Shown here: positions 9,105-18,592 of the stretch, piece by piece
How the letters are laid out: each line of letters starts with the position of its first letter
Position numbering within the stretch: the first letter of the stretch is position 1
NCBI GenBank assembly: GCA_044222185.1
Contig: JBGANV010000001.1
Coordinates: forward strand, 864,001 to 928,000
Origin: Planctomycetota bacterium
GTDB lineage: Bacteria > Planctomycetota > GCA-002687715 > CAIWVZ01
DNA length: 64,000 nt
Direction of reading: 5' to 3'
Notes under the pieces: model-generated
Told to the model about the DNA's origin: nothing
Databases searched by the model: none
The model's input: the letters and a program-made list of their open reading frames with translations, nothing else
Position numbers and translations under genes: made by a program

Positions 9105-11471
9105 TCAGAAGTAGGTGATCAGCCAGTCGTTCGCGATGCCGATCTCCTGGATGACGCCGCCCTGGGCGCCAGGGAGCGGAATCGAGCTGAACGGCTGGAA
9201 CAGGCTCGTGATGACCGCGGTCACGACCGGGCCCAGCGTGGCGGTGGCGCTCGTGCCATCGAAGCCCGGGAAGTTCACGTCGGACGTCGCCGTGGCCGTG
9301 ATCGTGCCCGGCTGGATCGTCAGCGCTCCGGTCTGAGGATCGACGACGAACTGGATGCTGGTCGACGCGCTGAAGCCCATGGCGAACACCGGCACTTCGT
9401 TGCCATCCACGATGGCGTCGAAGCTCATCTTCACGTTCGACAGGTAGAACGTCCCCTGGCTCTGGGCGGACTGCGCCAGCGTGAAGGATGGGGCCGTCGT
9501 GTGACGGACGTGCAGGACGACGGGGGTTGCCGCCGCGAACTTCTCGAAGCCCGCCTGCGGAAGGGCCGTCGCCAACGATCCCGCCGTGAGCGGGATCGCG
9601 GTGCCGCCGGTTCCGAGCTGACCGTTGACGTCCAGGTTGAGCCCGCCGGTCGCCGTCAGTGACGCGAAGAACACGTTGAGCGTGTCGTCGTTCAGGCCCA
9701 CACCGATCGTGTACGCGTTGTTCTGGACGGGTGTCGTTGCGCCGAACGTCGGAAGAACACCGGGCGTCGTCCGATACTGCGTGAGCGCGGGAGCGTCCGG
9801 GTTCGTCGCCGTGGGCGTGAGCGCCACGTTCAGTCCCACGGTGAGGCCGGCAGCGTCATAGAAAAGCGAGTGCGCGGCGAACGCCATCGACAGCGGAATG
9901 CCCTGCGCGCTGAGGTCGAACGCGAAGTTGTTGAACTGGGCGATGAGCGGGTTGATGAGCGGCGGCAGGAGCTGCAGCGTCGCCGCCAGCGCCGTCTGGA
10001 TCGCCGTGCGGAACAGCTGCTGGATCGTGCCGATCTGTGACACGTTCCCGAGCGCGCCGGTGACGGTGAAAGCGAATCCGTTCAGCGTCGTCGTCGCACC
10101 CTGCACCTGGGCCTGCATGCCGTTGGCGCCCTGCACGAACGCGATGTTGCCCGTGATCACGGCGCTCGTCGCCGTGATCGTCGCCGTCTCGTTGTAGGGC
10201 GCGTTGAAGATGACGCCCGTCATGTTGCTCGTGATCACGACGTTCGTGAACGTGATCGACAGTCCGACGGCGCCGTTGGCCCCGGGGAAGAAGTCCACGA
10301 GCACCGTCGGGTCGTAGGTGAAACCCGTCGGATCAGCGGTCACCGAGAGGAGCGTGATTCCGAACGGACCGGGAACGGTGAGGAGGGGGATCGCCGGAAT
10401 CGCAGCGATGACCGAGTTGAAGTCGATCGTGCCGAAGACCTGGGCGATGGGACCCTCGAGCGGATCGAACGTGATCCCGTTCACGCGCAACGCCGAGGCC
10501 GGCGAGGCCGGGCTCGTGATGGCTTGCCCGGTGCCGATCAGGACGCTGACGGTCTTGGCGACCTTCTGCCCGGAGGGCGCGGTGAGTTCGAGCGTGATCG
10601 CCGACATGCCGGGCCCCGGGCCCTGGGGTGCGAGCGTACCGCCGTTGAACGCGCCGTTGCCCTGGATCGCGATGGCGCTGCCGTTCAGTCGCGCCGATTG
10701 GGGCGTGGGTCCGGTGACCGTGCCGGAGACGTTCGTCGTCCCGTTGCCGAATGATCCGTCGACGGGCGACGTGAAGTTGATGTCATAGGCGTCGATGACG
10801 ACCGTGTCGGTGCCGTAGGGGACACCGCCGCCCACGTTCAGGCGCACGACGTACGTCCCGGGGAGGTCGGGTTTGAACGAGGCAAATTCACTCGTGCTCG
10901 ACGTCAGCGCCGGCGCAGCGCCCGCGGGGCCGGAGACGACCTGCCAGTCGAAGGTGATGCCGGCCGGCAGATTGCCCTGCTGATCGCGGTTGCCGCTTCC
11001 ATCCAGGCCGACGGGCTTGTTGACGAGCGTCGCGGCATCCGGTCCTGCCGAAGCCGTTCCGATGCGGAACGTGAACGAGATGCCGTTCGAGGGCACGAGA
11101 CCGCCCGGCGCGTTCGGGTCGACGAAGATCGCCGCCGAGTAGAGAGTCACGCCGACGAGCGACGTGAAGCTCGTCGGGACTTCGAAATTGAAGCCGACCT
11201 GCCCCGTGGCGACGAACGGCTGGCCACCGCCGAGGTCGACGAAACCCGTTCCGGGCCCGACTGGGATCGAGACCGGTCCCGCGATGAACGGGCCCGGGCT
11301 GTCACTGAAGATCCAGTAGAAGGGCGCGCCCGCAGGTCCCGTGAGCTGGAACGTGGGGAAGGATCCCAGATAGATGTCCGCGTGCGTGGTCGAGCCGTTG
11401 ACGGTGAGCGTCTGGGCCAGGAGCTGAGTCGCGAAGAGCAGACCGAGCACGAGTAGCCGTGAGCATTTCAT
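9105..11471 (-). CDS. Large secreted protein: N-terminal tag-like domain, PKD/Ig-like domains, BPI/LBP (TULIP)-like C-terminal region
   Basis: Signal peptide MKCSRLLVLGLLFATQLLA|Q. PKD-like ASAGPD...LDGSGN.D...ITFDWQ...FKPDLPGTYVVRL. GVGLNDDTLNVFFASLTATGGL resembles the BPI C-terminal-domain strand/helix. Confidence 0.7.
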   Translation of the reverse strand: MKCSRLLVLGLLFATQLLAQTLTVNGSTTHADIYLGSFPTFQLTGPAGAPFYWIFSDSPGPFIAGPVSIPVGPGTGFVDLGGGQPFVATGQVGFNFEVPTSFTSLVGVTLYSAAIFVDPNAPGGLVPSNGISFTFRIGTASAGPDAATLVNKPVGLDGSGNRDQQGNLPAGITFDWQVVSGPAGAAPALTSSTSEFASFKPDLPGTYVVRLNVGGGVPYGTDTVVIDAYDINFTSPVDGSFGNGTTNVSGTVTGPTPQSARLNGSAIAIQGNGAFNGGTLAPQGPGPGMSAITLELTAPSGQKVAKTVSVLIGTGQAITSPASPASALRVNGITFDPLEGPIAQVFGTIDFNSVIAAIPAIPLLTVPGPFGITLLSVTADPTGFTYDPTVLVDFFPGANGAVGLSITFTNVVITSNMTGVIFNAPYNETATITATSAVITGNIAFVQGANGMQAQVQGATTTLNGFAFTVTGALGNVSQIGTIQQLFRTAIQTALAATLQLLPPLINPLIAQFNNFAFDLSAQGIPLSMAFAAHSLFYDAAGLTVGLNVALTPTATNPDAPALTQYRTTPGVLPTFGATTPVQNNAYTIGVGLNDDTLNVFFASLTATGGLNLDVNGQLGTGGTAIPLTAGSLATALPQAGFEKFAAATPVVLHVRHTTAPSFTLAQSAQSQGTFYLSNVKMSFDAIVDGNEVPVFAMGFSASTSIQFVVDPQTGALTIQPGTITATATSDVNFPGFDGTSATATLGPVVTAVITSLFQPFSSIPLPGAQGGVIQEIGIANDWLITYF

Positions 11472-11564
11472 AGGACGATTCTGTCTCCAGGTCGAGCTGG
11501 GGAAGGCGACAACGACGACAGTACCTTGGATCGGGGCCGACAGGCCCGGGTCTTGCGGTCGTGC

Positions 11565-11593
11565 ATTGTTGCGATGGAGCCGGGGCAGGTCAA
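11565..11593 (-). promoter_or_regulatory. Putative sigma70 promoter for the 11471 gene
   Basis: Minus strand TTGACC-N17-AACAAT. Confidence 0.5.
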
Positions 11594-11747
11594 CGAAAGC
11601 TGTGCGCAAGTGTGAATGGAAAGAGGCGCGCTGCCGCAGAGTCGAGGGTGTGAACCTCGCACTCGACGGAAAGTTTCAGTCCGCGCCGCGCGGTCCGGTG
11701 AAGCGCGCTTGGAAGTTGCGTTTGACTCGCGCACACTCCGCCGCACC

Positions 11748-12635
11748 ATGACGCAGCCGTCTCCATCGTCCGTCACACCACCCGCTGAACTGGCGTGGGT
11801 CTCCGGGGTCGTCGGGCCGGCATCCGAGGCCCGAGTTCCGCTTTGGGATCGCGGGTTCATGTTTGCTGAGGCGGCCTACGAGGCGTACGTCGGGCGATCG
11901 GGCGTCGTCTTCGCCTGGGACGAGCACCAGGAGCGGCTGCGGCGGACGCTCCACGGGATCCAGATTCCCTTCGCTGAGGAAGCCCTGGCGGAGGTGACCA
12001 AGGCTCGCGATGCCCTCGTCCGCGCCTTCGGCGGAAGCTCGTTCCTCCTCTACGTCCAGGTCACCGGCGGCGTCGCGCCGCGGCTCCACGTCCTGAAGGC
12101 GGATCCTCACCCGGCGGTGTACGCCACGATCCGTCCATGGGACCGCGGACAGCTGGCCGCCGACCAGGCGCGCGGGCTGTTCGTGATCACGCAGCCCGAC
12201 CATCGGTGGAAGTTCGCGACGTACAAGACGACTCAACTCCTTCCCAACGTGCTCGCGAAGAAGGCTGGCCGGCTCGTGAACGCCGACGAGATCGTGTTCG
12301 TGTCGGAACGAGGAACGGTCCTCGAGGGTGGGGCCACCAACTTGTTCTGGGTCGAGCGCGGTCGCCTGTTCACGGCACCCAAGTCCGCCAACATCCTGCC
12401 CGGGATCTCGCGGCTCGCGTTGAACTCGTTCCTCGGCATGCCGTTCGAGGAAGTCGAGGCCCCGCTTTCACGCGTCACCAAGGCCGACGAGGTGTTTCTG
12501 ACGGGGACGACGCGCGAGGTCACGGGTGTCGTGAAAGTGGATGACGCCGTCATCGGCGACGGCCGACCGGGGAAGCTGACTCGCGATCTCTCGGTGCGCT
12601 TCACGGCGGCATTCGACCGCGTCTGTCCACCCTGA
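11748..12635 (+). CDS. Class IV PLP aminotransferase, D-amino-acid aminotransferase-like
   Basis: DRGFMFAEAAYE, YVQVTGG, YKTTQLLPNVLAK, EGGATN, ILPGISR, DEVFLTGT. Confidence 0.85.
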   Translation: MTQPSPSSVTPPAELAWVSGVVGPASEARVPLWDRGFMFAEAAYEAYVGRSGVVFAWDEHQERLRRTLHGIQIPFAEEALAEVTKARDALVRAFGGSSFLLYVQVTGGVAPRLHVLKADPHPAVYATIRPWDRGQLAADQARGLFVITQPDHRWKFATYKTTQLLPNVLAKKAGRLVNADEIVFVSERGTVLEGGATNLFWVERGRLFTAPKSANILPGISRLALNSFLGMPFEEVEAPLSRVTKADEVFLTGTTREVTGVVKVDDAVIGDGRPGKLTRDLSVRFTAAFDRVCPP

Positions 12636-12713
12636 CCTTCGTCCTGTAGACTCGCCCCGAAGAAGAGAGCGCGCCGTCGACGATCCGTACGGCCCGCCGG
12701 AGTAGGGGCAGTC

Positions 12714-15700
12714 ATGGGGACACTGCGGATTCGTGGCGGGCGAGCGGTCACGGCACAACAACACGCGCCGCGCCCGGGACGCGCGGGCCTGGGCCTGAAG
12801 GTCGAGCCGCTGGGTGCGGTACGCGTGGAGGAGACCCGCGATCCGGCGGCGCCAGCTCAGGACATCACGGGCGTCGCCGACGATTCGATCGTCGCCGTGG
12901 AGTTCCAGGGCGGCCTGAAGCTGTGGATGCGCGTCGACGCGTTCCGCAAGGAGTTCGCAAGCCCGGATCGGACCCGCGGCGTCGCGACGTCGGCAAAGGA
13001 CGTGTGGGAGGTGGCGCCGACGCTGGGCATCGGGGGACCGACGCGTGGTTTCACCGAGGTCGTGCTCAAAGGGCTGGAGGTCTTCGGCGTGGACGTGGGG
13101 GCACTCGGCGCTGCTGAACTCGCCCGGCTCGTCGACTCACGTCTCGCTCCGAGCCCAGGCTTGAAGGAGCTGTCTCTGGACGGCCCGTTCGCCATGACGG
13201 ACGTCGCGACGAAAGATGTCCCGACGGACCGGCCCATCCTCGTGTTCATCCACGGCACGGCGTCCAACATCGAGGGGGGATACTCGAAGTTCTGGACGCC
13301 TGAGCACCAGGCGTCACGCGACGTGCTTCGCCGCGAATATGGAAGGGCCTTCGCGTTCGAGCATCGAACGCTCTCCGAGCATCCGATCGCGAACGCCATC
13401 CAGCTGATCGATCGCCTGCCCGAGGGCTCCCGCCTTCACCTCGTGTCGCACTCTCGTGGAGGCCTCGTCGGCGAACTCCTTTGCCGAGGGATGCGCGAGG
13501 ATGGCCAACCTCCGTTCACGTTCGAGGAGATCGAGGCGATCGCCCGTGAGAAGGTCGATCCGGCGATGGTCCGCGAGTTCAGCCGCAAGTTGAAAGAGCG
13601 TGGCATCACCGTCGAGCGATTCGTACGCGTCGCCTGCCCGGCGATGGGAACGACTCTCGCCTCGGGCAAGCTCGATCGATGGCTGTCCGTCGTGAGCAGC
13701 CTCGTTGACTCCATTCCGATCGCCGACGTGCTGCTCGACCTCCTCGTGGTGGTGGCCAAGCAGCGAATGAAGCCCGATGCCATTCCTGGCCTCGGGGCGC
13801 AGATGCCCGAGGCCCGCTTCATCCAGGTGCTCAACGCGCCGAACGTCCGCCTGAAGTCGGACCTCACCGTCATCGCAGGCGACGTTGAAGCCTCGGGAAT
13901 CTGGGGGCACGTCAAGTTGTTCGTCCCCGACCTCTTCTTCGGCGGTGATCACGACCTCGTCGTGAACACCGGGTCCATGTACGGCGGCGCCGCGCGGACG
14001 AGCGGGCGCTTCCTGCGGGACGAGGGCCCCGACGTCAACCACTTCCGGTACTTCACCAACCCGACGTCCGTCCGCGCTCTCGTCGCCGGTCTCACGGCGC
14101 CAGAGACGTCGTCCGTTGCATTCCAACCGTTGTCCGAGGCCCGGGCGAAGCCGCCGGCTCGCGAGGTGCGAGAGATCCGAGCCCCGGCGGGTACCAGGCC
14201 CGTCGTGTTCGTCGTTCCAGGGATCATGGGGAGCCACCTGGCCGTGCGCTCCGAACGGGTCTGGCTGCGACTGGCTGCGATCTTCACGGGCGGACTCAAA
14301 AAGCTTCGGATCGACCCGTTGAAGCCCGCCGCAGTCACACCACAGGCGCTGATCGAGGATGCCTACGGCGATCTCGTCGAGCACCTGGCGGAGACGCATG
14401 ACGTCCGGCCATTCCCGTACGACTGGCGCCTGACACTCCTCGAGAACGGCCGTCGTCTCTCCGTAGCGGTGGAGGCCGCGCTGACGGAGATGGGTGCGTC
14501 CGACCAACCCGTCCGGTTCGTCGCCCACTCCATGGGCGGGCTCGTCGTGCGTGCGCTCATGGCAGTCGCACCCGACGTCTGGTCGAGGGTCACGGAGAAT
14601 CCGGCGTCGCGCTTCGTGATGCTCGGGACGCCCAACGCCGGCTCATTCGAGATCGTCCGGCTCCTCGTGGCTCAGGCCACCGTCCTGAAGCAGCTGGCGA
14701 TGGCGGACATCACCAGCGACCGACACGACCTGCTCGAGGTCATCAAACGATTCCCCGGCGTCCTCCAGCTGCTTCCCAGCTCCGCGGCGGGCGGAGGCGA
14801 TCTGTTGGAACCGAGCCGGTGGGCGAACCTGGCGGCCCAGGCCCCGAGCAAGGACTGGGATCCGCCGATCGACGCCGATCTGGCGCAGGCGTCCTTGGAT
14901 CTCGGCACCGTCCTGGCGACGCAGCTCGATGCCACGCGCACCGTCTACGTCGCAGGTCAGGCGGATGCGACGGCCGTGGGATACGTGATCGCGAAAGACG
15001 AAGACCCGGAGGACCGGATCCAGTTCCTCGCGACGGCGCGGGGTGATGGCAAGGTCCCGTGGGAGACGGGAATACCTGCCGGGATCCCACGATGGTTCAT
15101 GGCCGGCGTCGAGCACGGTGATCTCGCAGCGACCCGGTCTGCGTTTCCTGCGATCGTGGAACTCCTGGAGCGAGGAAAGACGGCGCTGCTTCCGACGGCG
15201 CCTCCGTCCGATCGCGGTCTTGCCGAGACGTTCCCCCTGCCGCGCGAGGTCGTGCCCATGGTCCCGCGGGAGGCGGACATCGCGAGGTCGGCGCTGGGGA
15301 GGGCTCGCGAGGTCGCGCGCGCGAAGGTGACGACGCAACGCGTGCGCGTACGCGTCGTCCACGGCAATCTCGCTTACGCGCACTACCCCGTTGCGGTCGG
15401 GCACTACAGCGGCGACACGATCGTCAGCTCCGAGGCGCATCTCGATCGAGGGCTCGGCGGCAGGCTGAGCCAGCGCGAGGCGTTGGGCCTCTATCCGGGG
15501 CCCCTGGAGACGTGCGCGATCCACATCAACCCCGATCGTTCCGCCTTCCTGCGCGGCGCGATCGTGATCGGACTGGGCGAGGCGGGCTCGCTTCGTCCGG
15601 GGCATCTGGAGTCCACGTTCGCGCGCGCGGCGCTGGAGTTCGCGCTCGCGGTCGCCGAGGACACGACGGGGCGGTTCGACGATCCGTCGGGCGGCGCGCG

Positions 15701-18134
15701 CAAGGCGCGGATCAGCTCGGTCATCATCGGCAGCGGAATGGGAAGCCTGCCTGTTCGGGATGCCATCGAGGCGATCCTGCGCGGGGTCTGGCGTGCCAAC
15801 GGTCTTCTGCTCGGGACGCAACGAACTCGCGGCGTCGTGATCGACGAGATCGAGTTCGTCGAGCTGTGGCAGGACACGGCCATTGCGGCGATGCGCGCAC
15901 TGAAGGCCATCACGGCGGAGGCCGACCTTCGGGACGCCTTCGAAGTGGCCGAGAGGATGGCGTTCGTCCCGGGGGGACTTCGTCGCATCGTTCCCGCGGA
16001 GGAGCCGGGCTGGTGGCACCGGCTGCGCATCGCGGCGGAATCGGACAAGCGACTGCGCTTCACGGCGTTGACGCAGCGCGCTCGCGCCGAGGTCACGTTG
16101 CTCGATCAGCAGCGCCAGCTCATCGACGGATACATTCGCGATGCGATCGGGAACGGACGATCGGGCGATGCGGCCCGAACGCTGTTCGAGCTTCTCATTC
16201 CGAACCCTCTCAAAGATCAGGCTCCCGGGCGGGAGCGGCTGGTGCTGATCGTCGACGAGCAGTCGGCTCGGTACCCCTGGGAGTTGCTCGAGGACCAGGG
16301 GTTGAGCGGGGCCCGACTTCCGGCAAAGACGTCGCGCCCGATGTCCGTGGGGGCCGGTCTCCTGCGCCAGTTCGAGACCTCCACGTACCGGGAGCGGCCG
16401 GTGATGGTGCGCGAGAACGCGGCGCTAGTGATCGGCAATCCGAAGACCGAGTTCCCGGACTTGCCTGGCGCCACGGCCGAAGCGACCGCCGTCGCCCGAG
16501 GGCTGCGCGCCGAGCCACACTCGTACTTCGTGAAGGACGTCGTGGAGGGCGAGGGACACGAGATCGTCACGGCCCTCTATGCTCGGGCATACCGCCTGAT
16601 TCACCTCTGCGGTCACGGCGTGCACGAGTACGCACCCGACGACAAGTCGCCGGACGTGAAGGTCAGCGGATTCGTCCTCGGGAACGGCAAGTTCTTGACG
16701 CCAGCGGAAGTCGAGCAGATGCGCGTCGTTCCCGAACTGGTGTTCATCAACTGTTGCCACCTCGGTCGAGTCGACTCGCAGTTGCGGCGTGACGACCGAC
16801 CCGCGTTCGCGGCCAACATCGCCGGACAGTTCATGCGGTTGGGTGTTCGCGCGGTCGTCGCGGCCGGGTGGGCCGTCGAGGACGGGGCGGCCAAGACGTT
16901 CGCGCAGGCCTTCTATCGCGAGATGCTCTCGGGAGCGACATTCGGAGAAGCCGTGCACACGGCACGCGGCGAAACATACGACGGCCACCCCGGCGTGAAC
17001 ACCTGGGGCGCCTACCAGTGCTACGGCGATCCGTCCTACCGGCTGAACACGGAAGGCTTGGGCAGGCGGCCGCGCGGCCGGAGCGAGCTGACGTTCGTGA
17101 CGCCCGCCGAAGTCGTGGTCGAGTTGGAGAACGTCGCCGCACGCGCGAAGACCGCGGGGAAGAGCGACGTCACGTCACTGCTGGAGCACGTCTCCAAGCT
17201 CGTGACCAAGATCAAGCGCGCTGACCGGTCCGATTGGCTCGATCGAGCGGACGTCAGCGAGGCGATCGGGTTGGCACTGGGCGAACTGGGCGACTTCGAC
17301 GGCGCCGTCGAGTATCTGGATCGAGCCATCGACGCTGACGACGCGACCCTGTCGCTTCGGGCGATCGAGCAGCGGGCGAATCTTCGCGCGCGCGGCGCGG
17401 CGCAGGGCGCCTTCCGCGCGAAGGGCTCGTCAGCCAGGAGGATGATCCAACGCTCCATCGACGAACTGGTCCAGCTCGGTCACTTCGGAGAGACGGTCGA
17501 GCGACTGAGCCTGATCGGAAGCGCGTACAAGTCGCTGGCGTGCGTCGCGACGGGCGCGAAGCGACGGCAGGCGCTCGCGAACATGGCGGCGGCCTACCAG
17601 AAGGCACACGATCGGAGCCTGAGTACGAAGCGTCCCGCCGACGCGAACCGTGTTGGTGCCACCTACCCGTTGCTGAACTGGCTGCTCGCGGACCTTCTGG
17701 CCTCGCGGCTCGGATCGAAGGATCGACTGGCGTCCCTGAGTGAGCTGAAGTCGTGGTGCGACCGCGCGGAGCAAGCGGCCCTCGACGAAGACCGGATCGA
17801 ACCGTCGTACTGGGCGCGCACGACGAGCGGGGAATGCGCGCTACTCCGCGCACTGGCCGAAGGAACGTTGCCGACGAGGATCGACGCGGTCTTCGCTCTT
17901 TACGCCGTCGCCCGTGACCACGCGGCGAGTCCTCGCGAATTCCGCTCGATCCTCGACCACGTGGACTTCATCTGCTCGATGCTCGCGGATGAAGCGACGG
18001 CCACAGTATCGCCCAAGAAGGGGACCTCGAAACACCGGAAGGGGAAGGCTCGCCCAGGAAAGAGCTCACCGGGCGGATCGGCTGACCTCGTCGCCGCGAG
18101 GCAGCTCCACGCGAGACTGGTCGGCCTGGTGTGA
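12714..18134 (+). CDS. Giant CHAT (caspase-like) protein with two alpha/beta-hydrolase (lipase/LCAT-like) domains, macro-like domain and C-terminal TPR-like helices
   Basis: FIHGT...VSHSRGG (S247); VPGIMGS...YDWR...VAHSMGG (S606)...GDGKV...EHG; IHLCGHG (H1301), VFINCCH (C1348), WGAYQCYGDP; helical C-terminus. Confidence 0.88.
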   Translation: MGTLRIRGGRAVTAQQHAPRPGRAGLGLKVEPLGAVRVEETRDPAAPAQDITGVADDSIVAVEFQGGLKLWMRVDAFRKEFASPDRTRGVATSAKDVWEVAPTLGIGGPTRGFTEVVLKGLEVFGVDVGALGAAELARLVDSRLAPSPGLKELSLDGPFAMTDVATKDVPTDRPILVFIHGTASNIEGGYSKFWTPEHQASRDVLRREYGRAFAFEHRTLSEHPIANAIQLIDRLPEGSRLHLVSHSRGGLVGELLCRGMREDGQPPFTFEEIEAIAREKVDPAMVREFSRKLKERGITVERFVRVACPAMGTTLASGKLDRWLSVVSSLVDSIPIADVLLDLLVVVAKQRMKPDAIPGLGAQMPEARFIQVLNAPNVRLKSDLTVIAGDVEASGIWGHVKLFVPDLFFGGDHDLVVNTGSMYGGAARTSGRFLRDEGPDVNHFRYFTNPTSVRALVAGLTAPETSSVAFQPLSEARAKPPAREVREIRAPAGTRPVVFVVPGIMGSHLAVRSERVWLRLAAIFTGGLKKLRIDPLKPAAVTPQALIEDAYGDLVEHLAETHDVRPFPYDWRLTLLENGRRLSVAVEAALTEMGASDQPVRFVAHSMGGLVVRALMAVAPDVWSRVTENPASRFVMLGTPNAGSFEIVRLLVAQATVLKQLAMADITSDRHDLLEVIKRFPGVLQLLPSSAAGGGDLLEPSRWANLAAQAPSKDWDPPIDADLAQASLDLGTVLATQLDATRTVYVAGQADATAVGYVIAKDEDPEDRIQFLATARGDGKVPWETGIPAGIPRWFMAGVEHGDLAATRSAFPAIVELLERGKTALLPTAPPSDRGLAETFPLPREVVPMVPREADIARSALGRAREVARAKVTTQRVRVRVVHGNLAYAHYPVAVGHYSGDTIVSSEAHLDRGLGGRLSQREALGLYPGPLETCAIHINPDRSAFLRGAIVIGLGEAGSLRPGHLESTFARAALEFALAVAEDTTGRFDDPSGGARKARISSVIIGSGMGSLPVRDAIEAILRGVWRANGLLLGTQRTRGVVIDEIEFVELWQDTAIAAMRALKAITAEADLRDAFEVAERMAFVPGGLRRIVPAEEPGWWHRLRIAAESDKRLRFTALTQRARAEVTLLDQQRQLIDGYIRDAIGNGRSGDAARTLFELLIPNPLKDQAPGRERLVLIVDEQSARYPWELLEDQGLSGARLPAKTSRPMSVGAGLLRQFETSTYRERPVMVRENAALVIGNPKTEFPDLPGATAEATAVARGLRAEPHSYFVKDVVEGEGHEIVTALYARAYRLIHLCGHGVHEYAPDDKSPDVKVSGFVLGNGKFLTPAEVEQMRVVPELVFINCCHLGRVDSQLRRDDRPAFAANIAGQFMRLGVRAVVAAGWAVEDGAAKTFAQAFYREMLSGATFGEAVHTARGETYDGHPGVNTWGAYQCYGDPSYRLNTEGLGRRPRGRSELTFVTPAEVVVELENVAARAKTAGKSDVTSLLEHVSKLVTKIKRADRSDWLDRADVSEAIGLALGELGDFDGAVEYLDRAIDADDATLSLRAIEQRANLRARGAAQGAFRAKGSSARRMIQRSIDELVQLGHFGETVERLSLIGSAYKSLACVATGAKRRQALANMAAAYQKAHDRSLSTKRPADANRVGATYPLLNWLLADLLASRLGSKDRLASLSELKSWCDRAEQAALDEDRIEPSYWARTTSGECALLRALAEGTLPTRIDAVFALYAVARDHAASPREFRSILDHVDFICSMLADEATATVSPKKGTSKHRKGKARPGKSSPGGSADLVAARQLHARLVGLV

Positions 18135-18505
18135 GCGCGGGCGCGGACTCGCCACCCTGCATCGTCCGAGGTGATTCGAGACGGCGAGGTCTCTCGGTGC
18201 CGGAGTGAATCGGCTTCGCCCTGACGACGGAAATCGCGTTGCGAAAACCTGCGCGGCGCTCGTCCGCGTGGGACGGACGCGATCGGGGCGCACTTCAAGC
18301 TGGTGCGCTTCCCCGAAGTCGTCGAGGATGGTTGCGTCCACCGCCGAGCACGCCTTCGCCGTGCGACGAGATGGCGTCAAGTGCGGGTTTCCGTGCATCT
18401 GCGCGGGCCGTTCGACGCGGACGTCGCTGGTTCGGGGATCCATCGCCATGTGAACACGCCTGTCGCGGCCTCCCTCGAGCGTCGATCGTGGCCGTGGCCA
18501 TACGT

Positions 18506-18532
18506 GAAATCCAGCCGGACGCGGTGGTCGTA
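18506..18532 (+). promoter_or_regulatory. Putative ECF-sigma promoter
   Basis: GAAATCC-N15-TCGTA about 60 nt upstream of the DUF4394 gene; resembles ATCC-N15-(G)CGTA ECF promoters. Confidence 0.4.
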
Positions 18533-18592
18533 GATCTGCATGCCGAGGCGCCACGCCCGTGCGCCTTCCATCAAGACCATCGGAGAAGAGAC

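Noticed and set aside
18205-18580. Short ORFs in the CHAT-DUF4394 gap
   Set aside because: No RBS, coding bias or recognisable motif.
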